DNA of 32,000 bases from Pseudomonas phage 201phi2-1. The notes under the pieces were generated by a model. That model saw nothing but the letters and a program-made list of their open reading frames with translations. It was not told where the DNA came from and searched no databases. Positions within the stretch are counted from its first letter, which is position 1; each line of letters begins with the position of its first letter. Below are positions 19,152 through 27,574 of the stretch, one piece after another. The DNA lies in the sequence record NC_010821.1; one strand, given 5' to 3'. A program made the translations under genes and the position numbers.

Positions 19152-19838
19152 TTATGCACTTACCACATGTTCAACAGGTAGTGTGCGACTACCCTTATTT
19201 GGCTGAGGTCTAGCCTCATTCACAATTGACTGGATCGCCTCGACTGTACGGATTGGATCAGGGTCATTGCTATCTACGACCACTTCGAACTTACGTTGTT
19301 TCTCAGTGAGGTACCATGAGTTTTCCATAGCGATGTCGTTCGGAATACCTTTAAGGATAAGGTACGCCACCCGTGCTCGATAGCTATTGCCTCTAGAAAC
19401 TTCGTTATTGCAGACTTTCAGACGAGGTTCTGCCAGATAGCGCAATTGCATCTCTGTCAGGTTGCGATCATTGTATTGCTCACGGATCGAATCAATTGTA
19501 CGCAAAGGTTCACGTGGGGAACCTAGGGTCGGTAGTGATTCGCTCACGTAGGCCTCTGTCTCCGGTACCATGTCATTACTGTCAATAGGATTAATAGTAC
19601 GACCCCAGAATGAGGCAATCGTTTTACCGCTTTCGTTCATCACGTATGCATTACCGGTCAGAGGGTACTCTACATCCGTAAAATCACCTTTGCCTCTTAC
19701 AACCAAAAATGGTTCACCTGTATCTGGCCGATTACCAAATTCGAACTCTTGGCCTTCGCCAACGAGAATAATTCTAAACCCTTTACCCACGTCGGAGTCG
19801 GGTAGGTTTTGCCCGGACATAATCTTTACACTGTACAT
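19152..19838 (-). CDS. hypothetical protein (228 aa)
   Basis: Long ORF; SD AAGG; bounded by terminator and early promoter. Confidence 0.78.
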   Translation of the reverse strand: MYSVKIMSGQNLPDSDVGKGFRIILVGEGQEFEFGNRPDTGEPFLVVRGKGDFTDVEYPLTGNAYVMNESGKTIASFWGRTINPIDSNDMVPETEAYVSESLPTLGSPREPLRTIDSIREQYNDRNLTEMQLRYLAEPRLKVCNNEVSRGNSYRARVAYLILKGIPNDIAMENSWYLTEKQRKFEVVVDSNDPDPIRTVEAIQSIVNEARPQPNKGSRTLPVEHVVSA

Positions 19839-19918
19839 TTCTAATTACCTTCTAGTAGTATGTAGCGGAATGCTACAGATCATATCCGGGTGAGTATTAT
19901 TTAAACCTAATTTGAAAC

Positions 19919-19926
19919 TATATTAC
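19919..19926 (+). promoter_or_regulatory. phiKZ-type early promoter core
   Basis: TTTGAAAC-TATATTAC-TTTTGTGAATT, matching the 4225 and 22127 elements. Confidence 0.75.
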
Positions 19927-19956
19927 TTTTGTGAATTAACTACGAAAGGTTTTATT

Positions 19957-20778
19957 ATGGCATTTAGAAATTTCGCTGGTGAAAAATATGGGAAACTGAC
20001 CGTATTGAGTCTATCCCATAAAGTTGAGAAAGGGGATCGTATTTGGGATTGTGAATGCGAGTGTGGAACTATTGTAAAACGAGCTGGTAGCACACTACTA
20101 AGATCAAATAATGCATCGTGTGGCTGTGACCGTTACAACAATCTAATTGGTACACGTTATGGTAGGCTACTGGCGTTGGGTCGAGTAACAAAAATTGGTG
20201 AACCTCTAAAATGGAAATGTCGCTGTGACTGTGGGGTAGTGTTAACTGTTCTGGCGACGTCCCTCAAGAGTGGTCGTACAAAGTCGTGTGGATGTCTTAG
20301 GGACGAAGCTACTTCAGTTCGAATGAAGACACATGGTAAGAGTAAGACCCCTGTGTGGCACGTTTGGGTAGCGATGTGTCAACGGTGTAGAACTGATGAG
20401 ACGGGTCACCCCGAATATGGTGGCAGGGGAATAAAAGTATGTGATGAATGGTTAAAGTCCTTCGAGGCGTTCTATGCACATGTCGGTGACAGACCAAAAG
20501 GGATGACAATAGACCGTATTGATGTAGATGGTGACTACGAACCGTCTAATGTCAGATGGGCTACTGTTTCTACGCAGAATATTAATCAGCGTACCCGTAA
20601 AGATAATTCTACGGGTGTGAAAGGTGTGAGTAAAAGATCGAATGGTAAGTATCAAGCCAAGCTAAACATTAATGGGAAGACAATCCTTCAGAAAGAATTT
20701 GACACCATTGATGAGGCTATCAAAGCAAGACAGTGTGCCGAGGAGGTCTACCATAAGCCATTGCTTGACGCAAAATAA
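19957..20778 (+). CDS. HNH/AP2 homing-endonuclease-like protein with N-terminal zinc-ribbon repeats
   Basis: Two WxCxCxCG...SCGC repeats, YGGRGIKVCDEW...MTIDRIDVDGDYEPSNVRWAT (HNH), GVKGVSKRSNGKYQAKLNINGK (AP2-like). Start MAFRNFAG with GAAAGG upstream. Confidence 0.88.
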   Translation: MAFRNFAGEKYGKLTVLSLSHKVEKGDRIWDCECECGTIVKRAGSTLLRSNNASCGCDRYNNLIGTRYGRLLALGRVTKIGEPLKWKCRCDCGVVLTVLATSLKSGRTKSCGCLRDEATSVRMKTHGKSKTPVWHVWVAMCQRCRTDETGHPEYGGRGIKVCDEWLKSFEAFYAHVGDRPKGMTIDRIDVDGDYEPSNVRWATVSTQNINQRTRKDNSTGVKGVSKRSNGKYQAKLNINGKTILQKEFDTIDEAIKARQCAEEVYHKPLLDAK

Positions 20779-20779
20779 A

Positions 20780-20812
20780 TTGAGGGACATTAGTCCCTCA
20801 ATATACTTTTTT
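20780..20812 (+). terminator. intrinsic terminator after endonuclease gene
   Basis: TTGAGGGAC-ATTA-GTCCCTCAA then TATACTTTTTT. Confidence 0.88.
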
Positions 20813-20816
20813 CTTT

Positions 20817-22061
20817 TTACTTTGTGTAATATGACTTACATAAAGTTCTAAGTGAAATGTAGAGATATAGTGCTGTCCTAACAGCCGCTATTTGCCCCGC
20901 GTGGCGTGAATTGGTTGCATTCTTTACGATGGCATCACCCATGTCACGAATCGTCAGCACGCGCACGTCAGACGTCTTGGGAGCCATTACCAATAACCGT
21001 AATCGGGTAACCAGATCTTTAAGGTCGTTTTGTCTTTGGACAGACGTTTTGATTGACTGCATGTATTCGAACGTGTATAACAAACATTCATCTACGAATT
21101 TAGTCAGGTCTTTAGAACGCGGCTGGTTAAAGTTACGAGCGATGAATTCTAATGAACTGATCAACATTGGTTCTGGTGCAGTGTGCATTGCACTCGAGAT
21201 AACAGACAGCAGCTCCGATTTAATAAGGTTCTCTTTAGACGTACAAATGAGATGAGCGTAAGAGATATAACTTCGGTAACCACTTGTTTTATCACGTAAG
21301 ACCATTTCACCGGCATCGGTTACCATCATGTCAGATGTAGTACGGATCGTCACACCGGAGTTCAGTACGGTAATGTACATGCCGTAGTATTTGTTAATTA
21401 ATTCACGTATCCTAGTCTGCGTGTCCGTTACTACACGTCGCATCCAATATTCTTCATCTACCCCAGGCTTATCATGCAGTAGTGGACCATAGATCGAATT
21501 AGGATCAATGATGCCTTCAGCTCGATCCTTTACAAGTTTACCCCAACTACCGATTGTCTTGATATCGAACTTGTAGTTGAGTTGTGCAAAGGTTGCTTCC
21601 ATTACTTCACGCCGCGCAGGGTACTTAAAACGTCGTACGAGCAACGATGTGATGTATTTGTAATGCAGTACTTGGAATGCGTGGCGGCACGCCTCATGCA
21701 CGGTTTTAAGCGGGATGTTAGTAGCCTTCATTAAACGTTGAGTAATGTAACCTGGAGTGTAGTTCATCACGTCTGATGCTACCTTCTGGTTCTTAGGATC
21801 AACGCCTTCGGCTCTTTGGAAGTCGTACTGAAGCATGTCTTCATCAACACCCAGTACGTCTTCAAACCAAAGCTCTCTGTCAGTGTCATAAAAATACACT
21901 GGGTTAACGCCCATCAGGACACCACCAAAGAAAGCAGAGTGGTCTTCGTTACGGTTCATGAATCGAATCGAATACTCGATGATTCGTTTGCATAGAGCTG
22001 CGTCGAATTTAACATCTTTGAAATGTTCATCTAGTACCTCCAGCATTGTTTGTTTAGCCAT
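20817..22061 (-). CDS. hypothetical phage protein (414 aa)
   Basis: Long ORF with GAGG upstream of ATG; no family recognised. Confidence 0.85.
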   Translation of the reverse strand: MAKQTMLEVLDEHFKDVKFDAALCKRIIEYSIRFMNRNEDHSAFFGGVLMGVNPVYFYDTDRELWFEDVLGVDEDMLQYDFQRAEGVDPKNQKVASDVMNYTPGYITQRLMKATNIPLKTVHEACRHAFQVLHYKYITSLLVRRFKYPARREVMEATFAQLNYKFDIKTIGSWGKLVKDRAEGIIDPNSIYGPLLHDKPGVDEEYWMRRVVTDTQTRIRELINKYYGMYITVLNSGVTIRTTSDMMVTDAGEMVLRDKTSGYRSYISYAHLICTSKENLIKSELLSVISSAMHTAPEPMLISSLEFIARNFNQPRSKDLTKFVDECLLYTFEYMQSIKTSVQRQNDLKDLVTRLRLLVMAPKTSDVRVLTIRDMGDAIVKNATNSRHAGQIAAVRTALYLYISLRTLCKSYYTK

Positions 22062-22126
22062 GGCTGTAGCCTCGTTTGATTAATCAGATGATAAGGCTGC
22101 TGAGTTATTAGAACCCTTTTAAACGC

Positions 22127-22134
22127 TATATTAC
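22127..22134 (+). promoter_or_regulatory. phiKZ-type early promoter core
   Basis: TTTTAAACGC-TATATTAC-ATTTGTGCAAT. Confidence 0.75.
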
Positions 22135-22167
22135 ATTTGTGCAATATGTAGTTTAATGAGGTGATTT

Positions 22168-22269
22168 ATGTTTAAGAGTTTATTAGTTTGGTTTGGTTGC
22201 ATGGTGTTTCGCTCCATCCCCCTTTTATTGTTGCTCGAGATTATCGTCGCAGCATGGTTGATATTCTGA
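22168..22269 (+). CDS. 33 aa membrane micropeptide
   Basis: MFKSLLVWFGCMVFRSIPLLLLLEIIVAAWLIF*; directly downstream of early promoter with GAGGTG upstream. Confidence 0.6.
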   Translation: MFKSLLVWFGCMVFRSIPLLLLLEIIVAAWLIF

Positions 22270-22290
22270 TTTTATTTTAGTGATCAGAGG

Positions 22291-22310
22291 TGGTTGGGTT
22301 CGCCCAACCA
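22291..22310 (+). terminator. hairpin, terminator or attenuator
   Basis: TGGTTGGG-TTCG-CCCAACCA followed by TCATTTATTT. Confidence 0.7.
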
Positions 22311-22367
22311 TCATTTATTTAAGCTGTCTGCAATACCCAGAAATTAACCTTAACTAAAGGACCTACT

Positions 22368-22670
22368 ATGAACGCTAATTACGAATACGCTACTGATTAT
22401 CTCTACGAACAAGAGATCGATAAACCTAGTGTCACTAAAGGTGAAGCTTTGGCTAAAACCTTCGACTCAGTTGACCTGCTGGAGAAAGATGTAATGCGCC
22501 GTGCCCGCTGCATCCTCGGGATGCGTGGTATCAAGAATCCTGATCGTGTTCGCTTGAACATGACTAGCACTAACCGTATCCGCGGGCTGACCTTCACTGA
22601 AGATCAGTTGGCTGACATCGCTCGTGAAGTTGCAAGCGATACCCAGTATTGGGACATCGAATACTTCTAA
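22368..22670 (+). CDS. hypothetical protein
   Basis: Collinear ORF in early island 3; AAAGGACC upstream. Confidence 0.8.
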   Translation: MNANYEYATDYLYEQEIDKPSVTKGEALAKTFDSVDLLEKDVMRRARCILGMRGIKNPDRVRLNMTSTNRIRGLTFTEDQLADIAREVASDTQYWDIEYF

Positions 22671-22703
22671 CTGTAAAACTCAACTTAATTTAGAGGATCT
22701 AAA

Positions 22704-22952
22704 ATGGAACATCAAATCACTGGCGATGACCGTATCTACCTGAACACTGAGCTGGTCAATCCACCAATGTCCAATGGCGAACGTAAAAAGATCATGGCAC
22801 GCGAGCACAATCGCGCTTACGGGGCTGGTGAGCCAACTCGCCAAATCGAAACACTCGAGCAGTCTGTTCGTAGTATGGTCCAAGGTTTCCAAGAAGCCTT
22901 GGGTGTCCGACCTAAAGCCAAAAAAGAAAAGCGCTGGGGGAAGAAGAAATGA
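22704..22952 (+). CDS. hypothetical protein with basic C-terminal tail
   Basis: SD GAGGAT; ends RPKAKKEKRWGKKK; ATGA overlap with next gene. Confidence 0.8.
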   Translation: MEHQITGDDRIYLNTELVNPPMSNGERKKIMAREHNRAYGAGEPTRQIETLEQSVRSMVQGFQEALGVRPKAKKEKRWGKKK

Positions 22953-23269
22953 TTTCTCCAGCTGGAATCATGCGGTTTGCCGAACTGGTTACTCTACTGG
23001 AAAAACTGGATACTCATAACGAGTTGACTCTAGCTCGTGAAGTTAAGTATCCTAACCAGAACTGGTTGGTTGTAAATCGTCGCACTGGTAAGGTGGTTAC
23101 TTTGGTAATCGACGATTTCAACTGCGAAGTGCATTACACCACTGGTAAACAAAAGTGGAAAACTCACGTCTACAGTTCTGAAAGAACTGGTGAATACATC
23201 ATCAAACATTTGAATGGTGAGCTTGCTCACATTTCCCCAACTCACTATGGTGAAGAGAATGATTGGTAG
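22949..23269 (+). CDS. putative family B member
   Basis: FAELVTLLEKLDTHNELTLAREV... layout parallels 23259 ORF QAELITYLNQNTEYEELEFIKHEF. Confidence 0.78.
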   Translation: MISPAGIMRFAELVTLLEKLDTHNELTLAREVKYPNQNWLVVNRRTGKVVTLVIDDFNCEVHYTTGKQKWKTHVYSSERTGEYIIKHLNGELAHISPTHYGEENDW

Positions 23270-23552
23270 TCCTGGATTTCTGCGTCAAGCTGAATTGATC
23301 ACGTACCTCAATCAGAACACCGAGTACGAAGAACTCGAGTTCATTAAGCATGAATTCCTACCGGATCGCTGGTGTATCGGCAATACTGTTAAAGGACACT
23401 GGGTTCAGATTGCAGTGGTGCATGATGGAAAAGCCCTCGAAATCGATTACATGTTGGATGGACAAGGTCATCGTACCATGGCGGTATTCGATACCGAGAG
23501 CGTCGCCAAGCGGGCGTTGGCTTACCTGCGTGCTGAAACATCCTCGATCTAA
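23259..23552 (+). CDS. putative family B member
   Basis: Start MIGSPGFLRQ overlapping the upstream gene; VVHDGKALEIDYMLDG motif. Confidence 0.75.
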   Translation: MIGSPGFLRQAELITYLNQNTEYEELEFIKHEFLPDRWCIGNTVKGHWVQIAVVHDGKALEIDYMLDGQGHRTMAVFDTESVAKRALAYLRAETSSI

Positions 23553-23582
23553 ATCGACACAACTGTTACAGGAGTAACTAAA

Positions 23583-24155
23583 ATGGGTAATGCAACTATC
23601 TTCGCTAACGCATTTCGTGAATGTGGTATCGGTGGCAAGTTCAGTAAATTCCAGATCGTTCAATCCAACGACTGGTTTGAATTGATGGACATCGATAGTC
23701 TCGAAGATTCACGTTTCTGCTTCCGGGTCTATGATGGTTTAGATCCACGTAAGTTCCGTCAAGTTACAAGTGGTGTGGCGGCTAACTTGCATAAGCAAGA
23801 TCCACAGTGGCACACTCATTTTCAAACCGCGCAAAAGGTGGTTGCTAAGATTGTTAGCCGTGATCCAAAACATGGCGAGAATCGTTATTACATCGATGAC
23901 CTCAACGGGTCGGTGATTGTAATCAACCGCATGTTCGTCATTGAGGTTACACCAGTACTGCGTCAAGTACCGGAGATCCCTACCAATGCCGTACTTGAGT
24001 TCCTTTCACTGTATTCCAAGACTGATATCACTGAGGCCAATAAAATCAAAGTCTTCAGTCGTTACGGTCAAGTCATGGTGTGCGTGGATGGATGTCAGCA
24101 ATTTAACTCTCTACTAACTGAAGAAGACTTCAACGAACAATACTGCGAGGCGTAA
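23583..24155 (+). CDS. putative longer family B member (190 aa)
   Basis: SD GGAG; N-terminal helix plus strand pattern similar to neighbours. Confidence 0.78.
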   Translation: MGNATIFANAFRECGIGGKFSKFQIVQSNDWFELMDIDSLEDSRFCFRVYDGLDPRKFRQVTSGVAANLHKQDPQWHTHFQTAQKVVAKIVSRDPKHGENRYYIDDLNGSVIVINRMFVIEVTPVLRQVPEIPTNAVLEFLSLYSKTDITEANKIKVFSRYGQVMVCVDGCQQFNSLLTEEDFNEQYCEA

Positions 24156-24538
24156 TGAAACACGACGTACAGGAAGTGACAACGCAAACCGTATTAGACT
24201 ACATCACTTTGAACCGTGAAGAAAGTGATGCGCCATGGGTCCAGTCAGTTATGGATTCCAAAACAGTCAAGATGTTGTTGTGTAACGGTGAGTATGCACG
24301 GCAACGTAAAGCGTATGGGATGTTCTTGGGTGGGACCATGATCGGTTACGCTGTAGTACATCGACCATCTGAAACACTGGACCTCCTGCACATCGCAGAA
24401 GACTTCCGTGAGATGGGCTATGCCAAAGCATTCCTTAGGGAACTCGATATCACTGCGGTGGCTGTAGATCCACGTAATACCCGCGCAATTAATCTTTATA
24501 CCGATCTCGGTTACGAATTAGATTTCATTGAGGAGTAA
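24155..24538 (+). CDS. GNAT-family N-acetyltransferase
   Basis: DLLHIAEDFREMGYAKAFL (acetyl-CoA motif A-like) and AVDPRNTRAINLYTDLGYELDF (motif B-like). Confidence 0.85.
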   Translation: MKHDVQEVTTQTVLDYITLNREESDAPWVQSVMDSKTVKMLLCNGEYARQRKAYGMFLGGTMIGYAVVHRPSETLDLLHIAEDFREMGYAKAFLRELDITAVAVDPRNTRAINLYTDLGYELDFIEE

Positions 24539-24542
24539 AAAT

Positions 24543-24854
24543 ATGTCGCGTTTTCTGTTTAATCCAGCTGTAGAAATGACCGCTGAGTTGTTTAAGTGGT
24601 TCCAGATGACTCAACCACTAAATGGCTCAGTGAGTGAGCCACGGGTACTGGTTCGCCAAACATCAAGGGGCCTGCTCTTCACTAAGATCAGCACCGGTAA
24701 GTCCCTCGAGGTGGTGTATAAAAACAGCACTTATGTCACACTTACGCCAGGTTTTAATGGCGTTGAGAATCTGAGTGACGAACAGCATATCGAAATCGAG
24801 CCTGGTTATATCGATCGAGTCGGTGAAACTATTGTTAAATACTTCGAGGCCTAA
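24543..24854 (+). CDS. putative family B member
   Basis: Start MSRFLFNP with GAGGAG upstream; RVLVRQTSRGLLFTKI... Confidence 0.78.
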   Translation: MSRFLFNPAVEMTAELFKWFQMTQPLNGSVSEPRVLVRQTSRGLLFTKISTGKSLEVVYKNSTYVTLTPGFNGVENLSDEQHIEIEPGYIDRVGETIVKYFEA

Positions 24855-24856
24855 AC

Positions 24857-25231
24857 ATGAACTACTTTCTAAGTCCAGATCGTCGCATGTGTCAGGAAGA
24901 CGAATTCCTGCAAGTACTACGTAACTCACTGGAATTGATCGGTGTGGGTGTAGCAGCTAACTACATCGAAGTCTCTCGTACTGCTGAAGGACTGGTGTTT
25001 ACACTGGGTGCTCGACAAGTAACGTTCTACCAACCAGTCGATGATGACAACTTCTGGTTGAAGTTGACTCGTGGTACCAAAGGTCGCACTGACACTCACT
25101 TCGAAGATAAAGAACATATCGACGCGGTGAACATTACACTGAACTGGTTGATCCATCAAGAGTTCTCCATTGATAACCACATCGAACTCACTGCACGTCT
25201 GGCTAAGGAGGCTAACAAATATGCTGAATAG
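24857..25231 (+). CDS. putative family B member
   Basis: IEVSRTAEGLVFTLGARQVTFY parallels the preceding ORF; SD GAGG. Confidence 0.8.
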   Translation: MNYFLSPDRRMCQEDEFLQVLRNSLELIGVGVAANYIEVSRTAEGLVFTLGARQVTFYQPVDDDNFWLKLTRGTKGRTDTHFEDKEHIDAVNITLNWLIHQEFSIDNHIELTARLAKEANKYAE

Positions 25232-25586
25232 TTCGTTGTTGATGTCTCCGGCTATGACGAGTGAGTTTCTACTCATTCGAGAAGTCGAAGCTCGATTGTA
25301 TTCACTTCGTTCAACCAAGCATGGTATTGATTTCAATATCCATCTTGAAACGGAACGTGGTTTTCAGGTCTATCGTTCAGGTATCCGACGGGTAAATGTA
25401 CTGGTAACTGACAACGGTAAATTCGCTATCGATTATTTGGTCGATGGCGTGTTTCACCCTAACGATGGATCTTACGCCACTCAAACCCACCAGTTCGGCG
25501 AAGCCCATTTGCTCGCCGAGGAAATCGTAGAGTTCTTTCACGAACTACACCGCTCTAAAAACCCAGGGGTTCAAAATGTCCGATAA
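25221..25586 (+). CDS. putative family B member
   Basis: Start MLNSSLLM with AAGGAGG upstream; VTDNGKFAIDYLVDG motif. Confidence 0.78.
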   Translation: MLNSSLLMSPAMTSEFLLIREVEARLYSLRSTKHGIDFNIHLETERGFQVYRSGIRRVNVLVTDNGKFAIDYLVDGVFHPNDGSYATQTHQFGEAHLLAEEIVEFFHELHRSKNPGVQNVR

Positions 25587-25953
25587 AGATTACAAGTCAG
25601 TTGACATCGCAGTACAGATCAGTTCGTCTCTGGAAACTCTGGCGCTGTATCAGGACTTCAAAGAACGTAAGTGGTCGTATGAACAAGACCGGAGTGGTCC
25701 GTTACTAACCATCGGTAACTTCGGTGGTCGTCCGATCTGCATTGCGCCACTGATTCATCGGATCGGTGGTCTGAATGTGATGTATGTCGAAGCCACCAGT
25801 CCTCTGATCGATTGGGACTTCATCGATAACTGGATTCGTGAAGTTACAGGCAAGCCTGATATTCGTATCCAGAGTGATCCAATCAACCTGGGTAGTCGAA
25901 TCAGTAGCCTGTTGTGGGAACGTCATAAAGACGTACCTACTACACCGCTGTAA
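25576..25953 (+). CDS. hypothetical protein, possible distant family B member
   Basis: Overlaps upstream ORF; well-formed collinear ORF. Confidence 0.78.
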   Translation: MSDKDYKSVDIAVQISSSLETLALYQDFKERKWSYEQDRSGPLLTIGNFGGRPICIAPLIHRIGGLNVMYVEATSPLIDWDFIDNWIREVTGKPDIRIQSDPINLGSRISSLLWERHKDVPTTPL

Positions 25954-25959
25954 GAAATA

Positions 25960-25997
25960 GACCCCCACCTTCGGGTGGGGGTCCTTACTTTTTCTTT
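25960..25997 (+). terminator. strong intrinsic terminator
   Basis: GACCCCCACC-TTCG-GGTGGGGGTC 10-bp stem then CTTACTTTTTCTTTTT. Confidence 0.92.
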
Positions 25998-26035
25998 TTG
26001 CTTATCGTATAGGTAATCCAAGAAGGAAGCCTAGA

Positions 26036-26335
26036 ATGGGTAAGCTAGTCAAACAAAAGAGTATCAAGATTCTTGAGGTCCTAATGGATCAGGTTGACAT
26101 TGAGCTATTTCATATTCCATTCGATCTCAAATGTTTTATCGATGACACTGGCTTGATAATGCAAAGACCTGATAGATGTGGTCGTTTGAGAATCTATCCG
26201 AAAGATGCTGACAGGATCGTAGTGGAAACTACAGTTGGCATAAACTTCAGGGTATTGGGATTTGACGTTAAGACCATAGCTGAACGTGCAGAAGTTAGTC
26301 GGTGGGTTGTTTCTCACTTTATGGATAATGACTAG
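26036..26335 (+). CDS. hypothetical protein, possible family B member
   Basis: SD AAGGAAG; ends VVETTVGINFRVLGFDVKTIAERAEVSRWVVSHF. Confidence 0.78.
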   Translation: MGKLVKQKSIKILEVLMDQVDIELFHIPFDLKCFIDDTGLIMQRPDRCGRLRIYPKDADRIVVETTVGINFRVLGFDVKTIAERAEVSRWVVSHFMDND

Positions 26336-26358
26336 ATAAGGACTATCTAAATTTAATC

Positions 26359-26383
26359 GCCTCTCCGAAAGGGGAGGCCTTAT
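26359..26383 (+). terminator. hairpin terminator
   Basis: GCCTCTCC-GAAA-GGGGAGGC (one G-U pair) followed by CTTAT. Confidence 0.75.
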
Positions 26384-26420
26384 GCCGTATCATGTGTACT
26401 CCTTATAGCTAGAGGTCATC

Positions 26421-27242
26421 ATGAGCTGCTGTACTCCTAGAGAAAAACCAGATTCCAATATCCCGTTTGAACAAATGGGTTGTCCTTGTGACACTTGGGC
26501 ACACTTGAAAGATATGTTTGTGTATCTGAAAGACGAGCGTGCCGGCGTGGTGCCATGTGTACCATCACAATTTACCGTACAGTGGAGTTTCATCGATGCG
26601 ATGACTTACATGTATTCGGTTACTGATGTACTAACCGGTGAGGTTATTGAATACAGTGTAGCTAAAGACTTCACTAAAGAATCCCCTCTGGAAGCTTTTG
26701 AGCGTGATTGGCGTACAAGGGAGCTCATGTATAACCGTGGAGTCGTTTGTGCTTTAAACGATCTCCTAGAGGCCATGGAAGACCTCAATCCCAATGTACA
26801 GTACAAGCTGGAACGTAAAGTCGGTCAAGGTTACTTGATTCACAAACCCATCGAACGTGAATTAGGTGTCGTGGTGTTTAAAGTCGAGTACCATGTCGTC
26901 GATCTGACTGAACGTCTAGATGGTCCAGAGCACTTTAAAGAACTTTATCCTGATAACAAGATTGTATTCCCTCAAGAACTTATTAGTGAAGTTGCATACG
27001 GCACTAATGTTCTGGTTCGTCGCTTTCGTAAGATCGGTGTCAGGTGGGAAGGAATCGTTTGTGAAAAGGTTAAAGACTTTGAACGGTTCTCGGTAATTGG
27101 TTTCAGCTATCGTGACCATGATACTGTGAACGTAGTTAAGATCAGTTATCAAGACATGGATCTTAATGACCCAACCCTCAGAACCTACCACGAATACTAC
27201 ACTAAACAAGGTCCACAAAATGGCTATTTCCACTGCAAGTAA
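26421..27242 (+). CDS. hypothetical protein (273 aa)
   Basis: Long ORF; GAGGTCATC upstream. Confidence 0.82.
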   Translation: MSCCTPREKPDSNIPFEQMGCPCDTWAHLKDMFVYLKDERAGVVPCVPSQFTVQWSFIDAMTYMYSVTDVLTGEVIEYSVAKDFTKESPLEAFERDWRTRELMYNRGVVCALNDLLEAMEDLNPNVQYKLERKVGQGYLIHKPIERELGVVVFKVEYHVVDLTERLDGPEHFKELYPDNKIVFPQELISEVAYGTNVLVRRFRKIGVRWEGIVCEKVKDFERFSVIGFSYRDHDTVNVVKISYQDMDLNDPTLRTYHEYYTKQGPQNGYFHCK

Positions 27243-27567
27243 ATATGAGTTCGATATTGTCGCTACGGCTACGACTCTAAAGATTCCACCTAACGTACTT
27301 AAGATAATCATCCAGAAGCTTTTTAACATGCAAGGCTGGCGTTTGATTCCAGATACCGTTAGCTTTGTTGAGGTGGCTAAGGCTTTTACCGGTACAGCGG
27401 CTCCTGTAGGCCCCGTACTGATTAATGGTGAGGGAACTCTGACCATTGGTGTCCGTCAAGGTCAAGGTACCAACAAAGCGACTACGCAAGCTTACATCTG
27501 CAAAGCCGCTAAGACCGTATTTGATCTGAGTCCATGGGTAGCTACCATGGATGCTAGTTTGAAGTGA
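27220..27567 (+). CDS. hypothetical protein (115 aa; start MAISTASKYEF)
   Basis: AAGG 8-9 nt upstream of ATG at 27220, so preferred over the track start 27166. Confidence 0.75.
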   Translation: MAISTASKYEFDIVATATTLKIPPNVLKIIIQKLFNMQGWRLIPDTVSFVEVAKAFTGTAAPVGPVLINGEGTLTIGVRQGQGTNKATTQAYICKAAKTVFDLSPWVATMDASLK

Positions 27568-27574
27568 CATAAGA

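Noticed and set aside
20827-20840. Minus-strand CATATTACACAAAG resembling the early promoter core
   Set aside because: It lies inside the 3' end of the 414 aa gene, lacks the TTTAAA..TATATTAC-N-WTTGTG layout and has no gene start near; likely chance.
22774-23019. 81 aa plus-strand ORF overlapping 22704..22952 and 22949..23269
   Set aside because: Wrong frame relative to two SD-linked, coupled genes.
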